Source: Antedon mediterranea
Lineage: Eukaryota > Animalia > Echinodermata
Assembly (NCBI RefSeq): GCF_964355755.1
Contig: NC_092673.1
Span: 17,667,648-17,731,647, forward strand
Length of the DNA stretch: 64,000 nucleotides
Direction of reading: 5' to 3'
The notes under the pieces: model-generated
What the model saw: the letters and a program-made list of their open reading frames with translations, nothing else
Told to the model about the DNA's origin: nothing
Databases searched by the model: none
Made by a program: the position numbers and the translations under genes
In this document: one piece after another, positions 36,901 to 45,982 of the stretch
Layout of the letters: every line of letters starts with the position of its first letter
How positions within the stretch are numbered: position 1 is the stretch's first letter

Positions 36901-39635
36901 GATGGTATAACTTCTACTATGCTCAAGATAACTGCTACATTTATTGCTGAGCCGCTTTCAAAATTGTTTAATTTATCCCTCTCAACCGGTACCATTCCCA
37001 ATGACTGGATGAAGGTCAACGTAATTTCTTTCCATAAATGAATTGGTATAGAAAATTTTAAGTAGCAAATTTATATTAATGGTGGTTTTCATCGCTGTTG
37101 GTTTTGATCGAATAATAAAAATTAAAATGATGAAGGAAATAACAGAATGTGATGATGATCTAAAACACTTCAATAGTTTATAAAATACATTGCTGCTTTT
37201 ATTATAACATTTGAACATGTGATAATGTGCTGTTGTGTTGGCAATATAGAATTTGTATAGCATCCATTGAATTCATTTCATTTCATTCATATTTTTCATC
37301 AAAAAAAAAAATTATAAAACATGTAAAGATATAATGCATAAAAGATGAAAAGGATCAACAACAAAAAGCTAAAAGCTTGTACAGGGTTGAAGACCTAAAA
37401 CAGCTAATAATATAATAGGAAATATACAATATATTAAAATATATATATAAAGTAACATTATTTCATTATTGTGTATTTTATTTGTTACAGATGATGTGGG
37501 GACAAGTTCAAATCAAGGTATGTTATATTAGGCCTATGTGTCGCTAATGTGATGTGCCCACATATGGACATGATGATGTCATATCACTACCATATTTGGG
37601 TATATCACTCATATTTGGGCACATCACACTTTTTATGTCAAACAAGTTTGATAGTGTATTAGTAATGCACTACTTTCTTAATGATCAAATCTCAATCATC
37701 CAGTGTAAAAGTGCCATGTATATAAACAAATACTAACATACTTTAAACATATACTTCTCATTTTTATCATTTTTAGGCAGTAGTGATGAGGATGAAAGAG
37801 AAGGAACATCACGGAGTCACCAACAAAGTGAAGGTAAGATACTAGTAGATAGAGATAGTGATATTGTGATGATAAGTCCTTAATTTTAATTGTTTAATAA
37901 ACCAAAACTTTCCACATATAGCCAAGTCTAGAATGACACACATGTGACTGTCTAATTTTCCAGAATTTACAATATTAAGTATTCCAACGTTGACAGTAGC
38001 TTCATATTTGTTTTGAACTTGACCCGAACCTGACATTATTCCACAAATATTTTTATTTTGAAATAGTAGAGTGGAGAGAGAAAATAAAACAAATTTAATA
38101 CTGTTTACTGTTTTACATTTTGTTGATATTCTATACTGATGATTAAGTAAAAATTTATTTTGATTTTTGAGTGGGTACAATAATGATCACTGTCAAATGA
38201 ATGTCCTGTCATTTTATTTGCAGACAACAAGACAATTGCAGGATCGAAAACTTGCGACAATTTCCAAGACCTAAAAGCTGGCCTCAGTGGTTGCTTTGAT
38301 GGCGAAAGATATCGTTGGCTAAGGTTCCTACTATTTGATAAGTTGGATGTCGGTGAAATTACAAATCAAGATTTCAATGGACATGACTTACTTAATGTAC
38401 TTGAAGCTAAAGGTTTAATCTTATCAACCAATGTTAATTTGCTGTTGGAGATTACAAAGTTATCAGATATCAAATATGCCAAAGATCTTGTATCAAAGTA
38501 TATGAGAGACAACGATCAGTTTAGAAATACTGATAAAACCAAGTTGTCGTCTTACAGAAAGCGGCTGTTTAAAGCCCTGAAACAAGTTGACCCACGTGCA
38601 TTACGTAATGTTATATCTTTCTACAAGTTAAGAAGATATAGCTTCTCCAATGTTTGGGATGCAGTTCTCTATCTGGAGATTCAGCAATTATTAGCAGATG
38701 ATCCAGACAAAATAAATCGGTTTGCAGATCGTCTCGGCACAATAGCAAGTAACACACTACTTGGTATGCATTTCTACTTTATATTATATTAAGTTTTTTG
38801 TATTGTTATTGAATCATTCATTTTTTTTAACAGTTTACGTAATTGTAATTTGATTAAAAAATATTTGGTTTCATTTTATTCATTAAAATTTTACATTAAC
38901 TGATTATTTATAGGCAATAGTGAGAAGAAATGAGACAGCATCATCAAGTCACCAATGTGAACAAAGTGAAGGTAAATTATTCAGTAAAGTTGGGAGATAA
39001 ACATAAAAAATGAAGATCATATATGATTATAATATGATTAAGATAATATTGACATAGAAGTTGGTGATATTGAGGATGATATTACTCTAAAATTTAGGAT
39101 TTATAATACACAGAATATAATAATGTAGATTATTATTATAGCAATAAAATAATAAGAGTGAGTAGTGTTTTTGTAGTTGTTTCTAAAGCTCAAATAATGA
39201 TGATTATTAAACAATACTTATAACAATGCTGAATTTATTACTTGAAATTTGAAAATGATTTTGTGGTTTTTCATGAATTTTTATTCATAAATCTTAAAAC
39301 AGTAATTATGATAAGAATGCTATCTACTGAATTTATTACAAGAAATTGGAAATGATTTTGTGGCGTTCCAGGAATTATACTGCAAACTTATTCAAATAAT
39401 GATTATGATTTCAACAATATTTATGATGCTATCTACTGAATTTATTACATTGGAAAATATTGTGGTGTTTTATGAATTTATATTCATTATTCATAATCTT
39501 AAAAAAACAATTACAATTTCCACAATAATCATGATAACTGTTATACTAAATTGATTGATACTGTTTTTCATCCGTATAGATCTCTCAGAGGATGATGAAG
39601 ACTTAAGTCACAGACTTAGTCCAACGATGCAATAA
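863..39635 (+). CDS. Gene A (5'-incomplete, multi-exon): Roco-family protein with variable ankyrin-repeat array - C-cap - Roc GTPase - COR - Cys/His motif - basic/acidic linker - tandem DED
   Basis: 12 intact phase-0 ankyrin exons, then 21 GT-AG exons (18414..39635) that join in one open frame of 987 aa with consistent phases. Motifs: P-loop GQEGVGKT, TDGI, WDHGGQ, VGTHK; COR VPLKW and FLYDLGEI; DED-like LSSYRKRLF. Confidence 0.85.
1928..1940 (+). pseudogene. Truncated ankyrin exon remnant (acceptor plus DGDT only)
   Basis: attccttttcAG GAT GGT GAC ACC is joined directly to intron-unit sequence agatctgatc; no donor. Confidence 0.65.
2090..2200 (+). CDS. Ankyrin cassette exon A2: YGDTPLHPYLRSGYTAPTLEIVTCLIQHGAPVALKNK
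   Basis: 111 nt, AG/GT, phase 0-0. Confidence 0.85.
2967..3074 (+). CDS. Ankyrin cassette exon A3: DGDTLLHSYLRNDRIPTLEIVTCLIQHGTPLALQNK
   Basis: 108 nt, AG/GT, phase 0-0. Confidence 0.85.
3298..3405 (+). CDS. Ankyrin cassette exon A4: YGNTPLHSYLWSVHTPTLEIVTCLIQHGAPVALQNK
   Basis: 108 nt, AG/GT, phase 0-0. Confidence 0.85.
3628..3735 (+). CDS. Ankyrin cassette exon A5: NGDTLLHYCLRRGYPPTLEIVTCLIQHGTPVALQNE
   Basis: 108 nt, AG/GT, phase 0-0. Confidence 0.85.
3957..4061 (+). CDS. Ankyrin cassette exon A6: NGDTLLHSYLMIGYPTLEIVTCLIQHGTPLALQNK
   Basis: 105 nt, AG/GT, phase 0-0. Confidence 0.85.
4284..4391 (+). CDS. Ankyrin cassette exon A7: NGDTLLHSYLGTGYTPTLEIVTCLIQHGVPVALQNK
   Basis: 108 nt, AG/GT, phase 0-0. 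Confidence 0.85.
4707..4734. mobile_element. 28-bp inverted-repeat insertion with 7-bp target-site duplication (probable DNA-transposon footprint)
   Basis: gtcatat-CAGGGAGTTGT-aaaatg-ACAACTCCCTG-gtcatat; the homologous empty site ggtcatatgtagctg is at ~5181. Confidence 0.7.
5568..5591 (+). pseudogene. Internally deleted ankyrin exon (acceptor and 5' three-quarters lost, donor kept)
   Basis: gtcagtattat joined to acaccaacaacattgcaaaataag/gtaat; the same lesion occurs at ~12225-12247 and ~59585-59608. Confidence 0.7.
5731..6899 (-). mobile_element. Non-autonomous Helentron/DINE-1-like (HINE) element, family 1
   Basis: Subterminal inverted repeats GGTTATCCGC/GCGGATAACC, terminal hairpin then CTAG, inserted in an A/T run with no long TSD; empty site aataactaaatagtt at ~1102. 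Confidence 0.7.
7742..8953 (+). mobile_element. HINE family 1 element (inverted relative to 5731-6899)
   Basis: 5' hairpin ggttatccgcacttggcggataacc; 3' gcggataacc-aactcgtc-cgtagt-gacgagtt-caaat-CTAG; empty site in the duplicated segment at ~14397. Confidence 0.75.
9421..9531 (+). CDS. Ankyrin cassette exon A8: DGDTLLHSYMRNVYRISTLEIVTCLIQHGTPVALQNK
   Basis: 111 nt, AG/GT, phase 0-0. Confidence 0.85.
10305..10412 (+). CDS. Ankyrin cassette exon A9 (duplicate of A3)
   Basis: 108 nt, same sequence as 2967-3074. Confidence 0.8.
10632..10739 (+). CDS. Ankyrin cassette exon A10 (duplicate of A4)
   Basis: 108 nt, same sequence as 3298-3405. Confidence 0.8.
10962..11069 (+). CDS. Ankyrin cassette exon A11 (duplicate of A5)
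   Basis: 108 nt, same sequence as 3628-3735. Confidence 0.8.
11291..11398 (+). CDS. Ankyrin cassette exon A12 (duplicate of A7)
   Basis: 108 nt, same sequence as 4284-4391. Confidence 0.8.
12387..13555 (-). mobile_element. HINE family 1 element (segmental-duplication copy of 5731-6899)
   Basis: Near-identical to 5731-6899 with the same flanks. Confidence 0.75.
14776..14869 (+). pseudogene. Ankyrin exon A13 (DGNTPLHVYFRRSRLIPTLKIVTFLIQHG...) interrupted by a LINE
   Basis: Intact acceptor, one extra G in the GGGG run, then LINE sequence. An ankyrin-type 3' end with donor (gcattgcaaaatagg/gtaat) reappears at ~17612-17649. Confidence 0.75.
14870..17605 (+). mobile_element. Non-LTR retrotransposon (CR1/L2-like) pseudo-ORF: partial PHD finger, APE endonuclease, reverse transcriptase; truncated at both ends
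   Basis: FHASC..WCCHLC; HVNARSL, ETHL, YRPP, SDH; QSGFR, DIQKAFD, GVPQGSILGPLLF, YADD. In-frame TAG at 15758 and 17221; frameshift near 17001. Confidence 0.92.
18414..18498 (+). CDS. Gene A C-terminal capping ankyrin exon DGNTPVSVLESNRWIGHKRKTELLNFFK
   Basis: Phase 0 to 1; DGNTP half-repeat; AG and GTAAGT sites. Confidence 0.75.
18678..20973. mobile_element. Non-autonomous DNA transposon with terminal inverted repeats (unclassified)
   Basis: ccatggagtaaagaataagaggaggcacaact ... agttgtgtctcctcttattctttaacatgg. Confidence 0.65.
22440..23700 (-). mobile_element. Heavily degraded LINE reverse-transcriptase fragment
   Basis: Minus-strand EQSGFRKGFRTLDNI-like and YAADLLL-like motifs, plus C-terminal SELGRLSL-like ORF pieces, with many stops. 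Confidence 0.7.
24765..24857 (+). CDS. Gene A linker exon (LPSTTVEQFQTQFQKQTSDKQKTKLLKPES)
   Basis: 93 nt, phase 1-1, polypyrimidine AG and GTAAGT. Confidence 0.7.
25164..26075 (+). mobile_element. HINE family 2 element (internally deleted)
   Basis: 5' aggttatatgca; 3' tgcatataacc-aattcgtca-tag-tgacgaatt-CTAG; similar to 43694-45020. Confidence 0.7.
26142..31621 (+). CDS. Gene A Roc GTPase exons: 26142-26289, 26586-26671, 26998-27062, 28275-28347, 30594-30751, 31171-31260, 31448-31621
   Basis: G1 GQEGVGKT, G2 TDGI, G3 FNIWDHGGQ, ALYIVVFDL, G4 IVGTHK; phases 1-2-1-0-1-0-0-0 join without stops. Confidence 0.88.
27140..28059. mobile_element. MITE with ~38-bp TIRs flanked by TA
   Basis: cgcccgtattcttaaaccggactttagtcgtagttcga ... 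tcgaactacgactaaagtctggtttaagaatacgggcg; a related single end lies at ~46299. Confidence 0.8.
29116..29952. mobile_element. PIF/Harbinger-like MITE
   Basis: TIR agcccctttctcacaga / tctgtgagaaaggggct with TTA on both flanks. Confidence 0.8.
30352..30535. repeat. Degenerate (AAT/GAT/AAC)n low-complexity tract
   Basis: Repeated aatgatgac / aacaatgat motifs. Confidence 0.6.
31856..34828 (+). CDS. Gene A Roc C-terminus and COR exons: 31856-32107, 32621-32815, 33072-33266, 33509-33811, 33909-33980, 34612-34828
   Basis: FAVEN, EVPLKW, LNFLYDLGEI, VLDPMQL, GILEEKLLQKLW, LMIQLGFI, FFVP, LPDVLF, then CILCDVC...H...C; canonical splice sites, open frame. Confidence 0.85.
35420..37833 (+). CDS. Gene A phase-1 micro-exons: 35420-35455 (DETEKKRRNSDQ), 35896-35937 (DEIGKGRKRRKTDQ), 37491-37517 (DDVGTSSNQ), 37777-37833 (GSSDEDEREGTSRSHQQSE)
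   Basis: Each has a strong acceptor and an AAG/GT donor; lengths 36, 42, 27 and 57 nt. Confidence 0.65.
36800..37037 (+). mobile_element. Short LINE (CR1-like) RT-region fragment
   Basis: KSPGEDGITSTMLK...IAEPLSKLFNLSLSTGTIPNDW, typical of the LINE RT N-terminal region. Confidence 0.75.
38224..38763 (+). CDS. Gene A tandem death-effector-domain-like exon (180 codons)
   Basis: LRFLLFD..DLLNVLEAKGLI..NVNLLLEI..DLVSKY, then LSSYRKRLF..WDAVLYLE, resembling caspase-8/cFLIP-type DED1-DED2; phase 1-1. Confidence 0.7.
38914..38971 (+). CDS. Alternative, frameshifted exon giving the C-terminus GNSEKK* (TGA 38931-38933)
   Basis: 58 nt, paralogous to exon 37777-37833; AG and GTAAAT sites. Confidence 0.55.
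39580..39635 (+). CDS. Gene A terminal coding exon DLSEDDEDLSHRLSPTMQ*
   Basis: Acceptor ttttcatccgtatAG, phase 1, TAA at 39633-39635. Confidence 0.6.
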
Positions 39636-39799
39636 ACATGGACATTCTATTCATACAAGAATTAGACAAAGTGTTAAAGTGTTGAAAACTGGTACCAGTA
39701 CAATCTACCTGTTAACTCTTTTATCTGTGAATTGAGTAGCGATTTGGTTGCGATGTAATGTTAGCGTGTCATACTAAATTTCCCCTTGTTTTATGAGAA

Positions 39800-40197
39800 A
39801 GTATCCCCTGAATAGGGGTGTCCTAAAGAAGGGATTTACTCCAGTAGTAAAGAGGAGGGGTGTGTCCCCTGAATAGGGATGTGTCCCCTGAATAGGGTTG
39901 TCTTAAAGAAGGGGTTTGCTCCAGTAGTAAAGAGGAGGGGTGTGTCCCCTGAATAAGGGTGTCTTAAAAAAGGGATTTACTCCAGTAGTAAAGAGGAGGG
40001 GTGTGTCCCCTGAATCTGGATGTGTCCCCTGAATAGGGGTGTCCTAAAGAAGGGGTTTACTCCAGTAGTAAAGAGGAGGGGTGTGTCCCTTGAATAGGGA
40101 TGTGTCCCCTGAATAGGGGTGTCCTAAAGAAGGGGTTTACTCCAGTAGTACAGAGGAGGGGTGTGTTCCCTGAACAGGGGTATGTCCCCTGAATAGG
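39800..40197. repeat. Minisatellite with 80- and 61-bp units (includes a 19-bp subrepeat) in the putative 3' UTR
   Basis: ccagtagta recurs at 39841, 39921, 39982, 40062 and 40142. Confidence 0.9.
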
Positions 40198-41635
40198 ATT
40201 TCAGTGTACTAAACAGTACATGAATGTTGGTAACAAAGAAAAGACGACAAAACAAATACTGGAACATTTACAAAAAATAACAGTAGGTCTACAAGCATGT
40301 GGGTATAAAACATTGCTACTGTTCCTGTTGCAGACATTACATATTGCTATATTTAGAGATAAGACCATTTTAACTGTTTTTATATTTTGTTGTGCATTTA
40401 TATTAGAGTCTCTATGTTGAGATTACAGCCAAAAATCAAATGACAAACATACATTTTTTGAATAAGAATTGATTTAAGTAAGAAGAATATGTGCTACCTC
40501 AGACCTCAATGCCATAAACGAATAATATATTAATAAATTAATTTTAGATTATAATTAGAATGTCTTGAGGAACAGAATATCTCAACTTAAATAATATGCC
40601 TATTTTCTTACATTTTGAAATAAACTATGAATATTATTTTTCCATGAAAGAAATTTATCAAACAAGACTTTCTCTACTTCATTTATTACATTCTATCCAA
40701 TTAAGAGATCCAATTTTGTTTAAAATGTTCCTTCTGTTTTGAAAAATAATTAAAAAAAAAAAAAATAATCCACTCTTGATTCCCCTTTTTATAAAAAAAA
40801 TATTTTCCCCTGAAGGAATTCAACCTTGCTTGTCAAATGAAACGACAACATTATAGTACAGTACAGTAAATGAACTGAGATTAAATATTAATTAATTATC
40901 CAATTTTTTTTTTAACTTGAGAGAATATCCAGTTAATCATATAGTTTTATATGCAGAATTACAAAACCAAAAATATATGCAAATGAGACCAGGTAAACGG
41001 AAGAACAGAATCAGAGCCATATATATAAAGTCGTAACTATATATATATGGCTCTGAACAGAATTAAATCCTTGCACCCTCTAATCCTTCCCCTTACCACA
41101 CTAGACATAGACACAACTGTTCAATCTCAATGTGTTACTAAACGCCACTTCTCTAGCCCGTTTCCATATTTGATCCGATTATTAAACAAACAATGCTTAA
41201 ATCTAAATTAATGTTTGATGAATTGTTTATACAGTAGTGTTCAATTTTTTTGTACAGTACTCAATTATATATTTGTTATGAATGAATTTTATAATGTCTA
41301 TTTGTTGAATGAATATATTTTGATGTTTTTTCACTTTTAATTCAATTTTAATTAAACTCAATTCAGTATGCTGCTATGTTTTAATGTTATTCATATTTTG
41401 TAATAAATACTAAATTATGAATGAAAAACTTATTTGTTTATTTGTAAGGATAGTGTTTTTTGAAGGGGGAGATTTTAACATCGAGGATATAAAATTATAC
41501 GTTCTAGCTATTGTTAAAAATGTATTGTATATTATAGGAATATAATATCCATTTCAACAACCCGCTGGAGGTCGAGTAATAAAGTTCTTCGATAATATTG
41601 CAGCGATAAAAATATGTAGACAAATTGTGATTGCG

Positions 41636-41711
41636 CCCTCTATAAAAAATAAAGTTTTATAACCATCACACGCATTTTATACAGAAAGAATGTCCGAAAC
41701 AAGAAGTAAGT
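41636..41711 (+). promoter_or_regulatory. Candidate promoter and short first exon of gene B
   Basis: TATA-like ctataaaa at 41640 and a strong donor AA/GTAAGT at 41706, just downstream of the gene A polyA-like AATAAA (41402). Inference only. Confidence 0.35.
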
Positions 41712-41982
41712 TTTGTTTCATTATCATACCATATCATATACGGAATTCTTTATACTGTGTTGTTTTAATAGCAGGTCTTTTTTTGGATCTTATATTCGTA
41801 TCCTAGGGCTAGGCTATAGGCCCTACCTAGCTAGCTAACAAACTAGGCGAGGTCAGGTCTAGGCCCTAGAATAGTAGGCTAGGTAGCCTACTAGTAGGGC
41901 CTAGGCCTCTACTACTACTACTACTAGCTCTAGGCCGAACCATCTACGTACTACACTACTAGGCCTAGGGGCGCTAGTTCCG

Positions 41983-42772
41983 TTTCGCACCTGTCTTTTA
42001 TTTCGACTCCAAATGTGTTAAGGAACTTTATCCTGAATACCACACTTTAGAATTAGACCTCATAAGTACTTTTACGATGGAGAATCACAGAAAAAGTAAC
42101 AAATATATCCTTTAAATCGATGAAACACTCCATGTTCAATATTGACATTTCTATGGAGCGCCAAAAGAGCAACTATAATAGAGGGCTAAAAAGGCAGTGG
42201 AATGCGCATATTTAATGCATCTATTGGTGAAAATTACGTTCAATTTAAATATATTTTATCAATGTTAATACTAACTAAACTGTTGATACTGTACATGGTT
42301 TTCGACAAATCGACAAATTCATCATCATAAGATGTACTGTAGGTTATATACCTCAATGATCTAAATAATATCCGTTTTAGTCCTGGACATAGACCAATTA
42401 GATGCTGATTTAGGGTCGTTTAATAATGTTCTTTGAAAACAGCACATTATCGCCAGTAACATGTAACAATTGACAAAAAATTGTGAATTAAAACGTGTAT
42501 TTCATAAATAGATGCATTAAAAGTAGACGCATTCCATTGAATTTTTAACCCTCTATTATAGTTGCTCTTTTGGCGCTCCATAGAGACGAAAAAAATGAAC
42601 TTTGTGTATGCGAAATTTGCGAACGGTGTGCAAGAAACACGTCTGTAAAATCATCAATTTAAAGGATTTACTTGTTACTTTTTATGTGATTCTTCTTCAT
42701 ACAAGTACTTATGAGGCTCCAATACTAAGGTGTGGTATTCAAAATAAGTTTGGAGTCGAAATAAAACAGCTA
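41983..42772. mobile_element. Foldback/MITE-like element; a related copy is nested at ~51758-52431
   Basis: Long imperfect inverted repeats (ttttatttcgactccaaa...gaataccacac / gtgtggtattc...tttggagtcgaaataaaa; ctatggagcgccaaaagagcaac / gttgctcttttggcgctccatag). Confidence 0.65.
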
Positions 42773-43693
42773 GGGCCAGGCATGGCCCAGGCGATCGGGG
42801 AGCCCAATAATGTTGTAAGACGATCGGGCACAAAATAAAAATGTAGGGTCTCACAACTAAATGACAACTCAAGTCAAACAAATGTTTGTGCTCCCGAAGC
42901 CATCTTGCAGAGATGACCAGCTGAGAGTAAAAACGGAGAATATATTACAAGAATGAGTAATCTGCAATTTTTGCATTAGAAATTTGTAACAGAGCGTGGA
43001 TGCCCGCCCTCATGAGAGCGGATGTATACAGACTAAAGAAGACTTGATTTGACAGATATTATGTCATATTAAATAGAATTATGATAATACAGTAGTAGAA
43101 CCTTCATTTTACGTACGGTACGCGTGAGACCAAAAGACATACGTAAAACATGGGATTCGTAAAATCCAGGTTGACCTTAAATTGACCCCAAATACGTAGA
43201 TTATAGCTAAAAAGGCTGCCATGTTTGCCTACAGTACTTTACTGCACAGCATGCAGGTGGTCACTAGCTAGGCCTTGCCTAGACTAATCTAGGCCAGGCT
43301 AGGAGGCCTAGCAAGATGTGAGGCCTAACTATGATATCTTCCTAACACTATCTTGTTTATATGAAGTTTGCAAACGATAGATAGGTAAACACGATTTATA
43401 TTTTCTATTTAATAGGCTAGCATGCAAGACTGATTGGGAAGTCATGTGACTCACAGAAGCAGTGACAATTATAACACCTTTTAGTCAAGTAGCGTCTGTT
43501 GATGTAGAGCTGTTCAGTTGGACTGCTTTACCAGTGGATGGAGGATTGTTTCCAGAGTAGGATACCAACAATTCTGTTGTTCAGATTTGTTGTAGTGTGA
43601 GTTTTTATATTATTTTAAAAGAATATTTAATTTGACTTACAGACTAATTAGATGATATTAAATATCAATAATCAATAATATTAAATTAATGAT

Positions 43694-45020
43694 ATGCATA
43701 TAACCTCTTGATTCTGTCAGGATCTTTATTTATTTATTTATTTATTCTTTCCTTAGCACTATTTTGTCCGTGAATTATCTTGATATCAGTTTCATCTAGC
43801 TAAGTCAATTTTTCAGAGTATATTCCTTATGGCCAGGAATCGATGTGGTTACGTTTTCACGGTGCGCAATCAAACATTACGCGGTCTACGCGCGATTTAA
43901 TGAAATCACGTTTGTAATCATATCTTCACAAGCATGAATCATTTTTAAACAAAATTTGGTACTCATAAATTTCAGGTCATATTTTATCATATGGCAATAC
44001 AATTACGTGCGTAGAGCAAATAACGCATGCGTTTTGCACGCGCAAAACCGCGTGCGCAAAAACGCGTGCAAAAATTACTGTTGTATAACCTTTCTTTAAT
44101 AATATCATCATATTTTATTCACTTTTCAACGCGAAACAGCGTTATACGAGCACGTCAAAAGTGACAGGCTACGCACGTGTAAGTTAACAAAATGGTGAAA
44201 ATATGCTAAATTTTAAAATTAATATATATCGTTAGAATGCTCGGGAACACCTATTTTTTATTTCATTTTCTTGAAGTGTATGTATCATATGTATGATTTA
44301 TTATGAAATTAGGAGAAAAAAAGTTGATTAAGTCATCATTAATGGCATATTAAATTTAAAAAATTAATTTTGACAATCAAACAAATTATAACATTTTCTT
44401 AGGCCGAAATAACAAACTTAACATTAACTTTCTTCTTTAAGAAGTTCATATATTAAAGTTAAAAGTATACAGTTTGACAGTGCATCATTTTTTTTAATTT
44501 TTAAAGATGTCATCATAGTAAAACATTATAATTCATTGCGGTATGTTATAATCTATCTGCACCAAAGTGGTTACTGCATAGTAAATACACGGAGGAATCT
44601 TTCCATAACTTTAGTCAGTTGTGTATGGCTCGGTGGTCTTTGCTCGTGTCTATAGCATTCAAGGTACCGCGTTCGAGTCTTACCTTGGGAAACGAAACAA
44701 AATAAGATTTTTTTTTATTATCCGTATTGTTTGTTCAATTGTATTTCTTAGTGTATACGTAGATTATACACATGATTTATAATGAAATCTAAATAAAAAC
44801 ACAAATGTGGTTTATGACATTATATACGCAGAAGGATCTTTGATCGGATTATGATACCGGCTATTGTATTTGTGTTAGCAAGATCCTATAATATATTATA
44901 AATAACTAACGATTCTGAGAAAATCAATCAATCAATATATCTTAAATCAATCAATCAATTATCTTTATTTAAATCAATGCATATAACCTATAATTCGTGA
45001 TAGTGACGAATTAAATCTAG
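43694..45020 (+). mobile_element. HINE family 2 element
   Basis: 5' atgcatataacctcttgattctgtcaggatc plus (ttta)n; 3' tgcatataacc, hairpin, CTAG. Confidence 0.72.
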
Positions 45021-45264
45021 TTGTGCTTTGTTTTATGACAATTACACGAATAGCAATACTTTGTTTGGAAATGTTGGTTTATGGCAACCAGTTGAATCCA
45101 TTGAAGTGTTTCTCAACTATTTTATTTTTACACTTACAGCAAAAATTGCAATTCAAATTACAGATTTTAATTAGAAATTCAGAGGCTTAAAAGCTATCTT
45201 GGTGAACACTACAAGGCTGATCACTATCTTTTGCTCAAATTCAGAGGCTTAAAAGCTAATCTTG

Positions 45265-45982
45265 GGGCCTGTTCGTAGGGGTTGAAAATACCAGCTTATT
45301 CCCGATTTCCGTTCGCGTGATCCAATTAACTTTTGCCTCAGGCTACAAAAAATTCGAGGTAAAATGTTCACCAAATTTGCAGGTTATTTCAGCGATAATC
45401 CAATTATACTCGGCCTTCGAGGATAATAAATCTCCGATAGAGGCAATGTGTCAAATTTTGACAAACGTTCGCTGCCTAGGCCCGTCATTTCTCCTACGAA
45501 GCTCTTCCATACACGCTTCGAGAGCGATCGTCAGCTGGTGCTGTCCTTGTTGGTGTAGACCGCTTAGTAGGCCTAGCTGGTCGGGGAGCCGCTGGTCGAT
45601 GGTGTTTCCGTCGTGTAACATTGGGTTCAAATTCTTCGTCAATGAGTAAAATAATGGTCGTCAGGAGAAGGCATATTTCGGCAGGATTATCGGCGTTAAA
45701 GAGGCATAAGGTTTGTCGCAAGGATAAGCAGTGTAAAAGGTAGCAAGTAATTGTTATTGTAAAGAAAGATCGCGAGTAAAAAATATACAACACGAAACTA
45801 GCGTGCGAAAATGGGGTCGTAGGTTGTAAAGACAACTGACCTTAGAACGTAATTTCCGGTTTGTGATTCGTCGATTAAGCATTTTAAGCGGTTAAATATT
45901 TCAAGTACGAACAACGCTCAATTTATAACCCGAGGCATGGGTGAAATTAAGCGCTTATTTTAACCACCGTACGAACACGACC
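45265..45982. mobile_element. Harbinger-like MITE inserted in a ~60-bp tandem repeat (45175-46080)
   Basis: Imperfect TIR gggcctgttcgta / tacgaacacgacc with TTG on both flanks; the host repeat ggtgaacactacaagg...gctcaaat lies on both sides. Confidence 0.6.

Noticed and set aside
45317-45835. Overlapping ORFs in a GC-richer island as a host gene
   Set aside because: Contained within a TIR-bounded element; no identifiable motifs or splice context.
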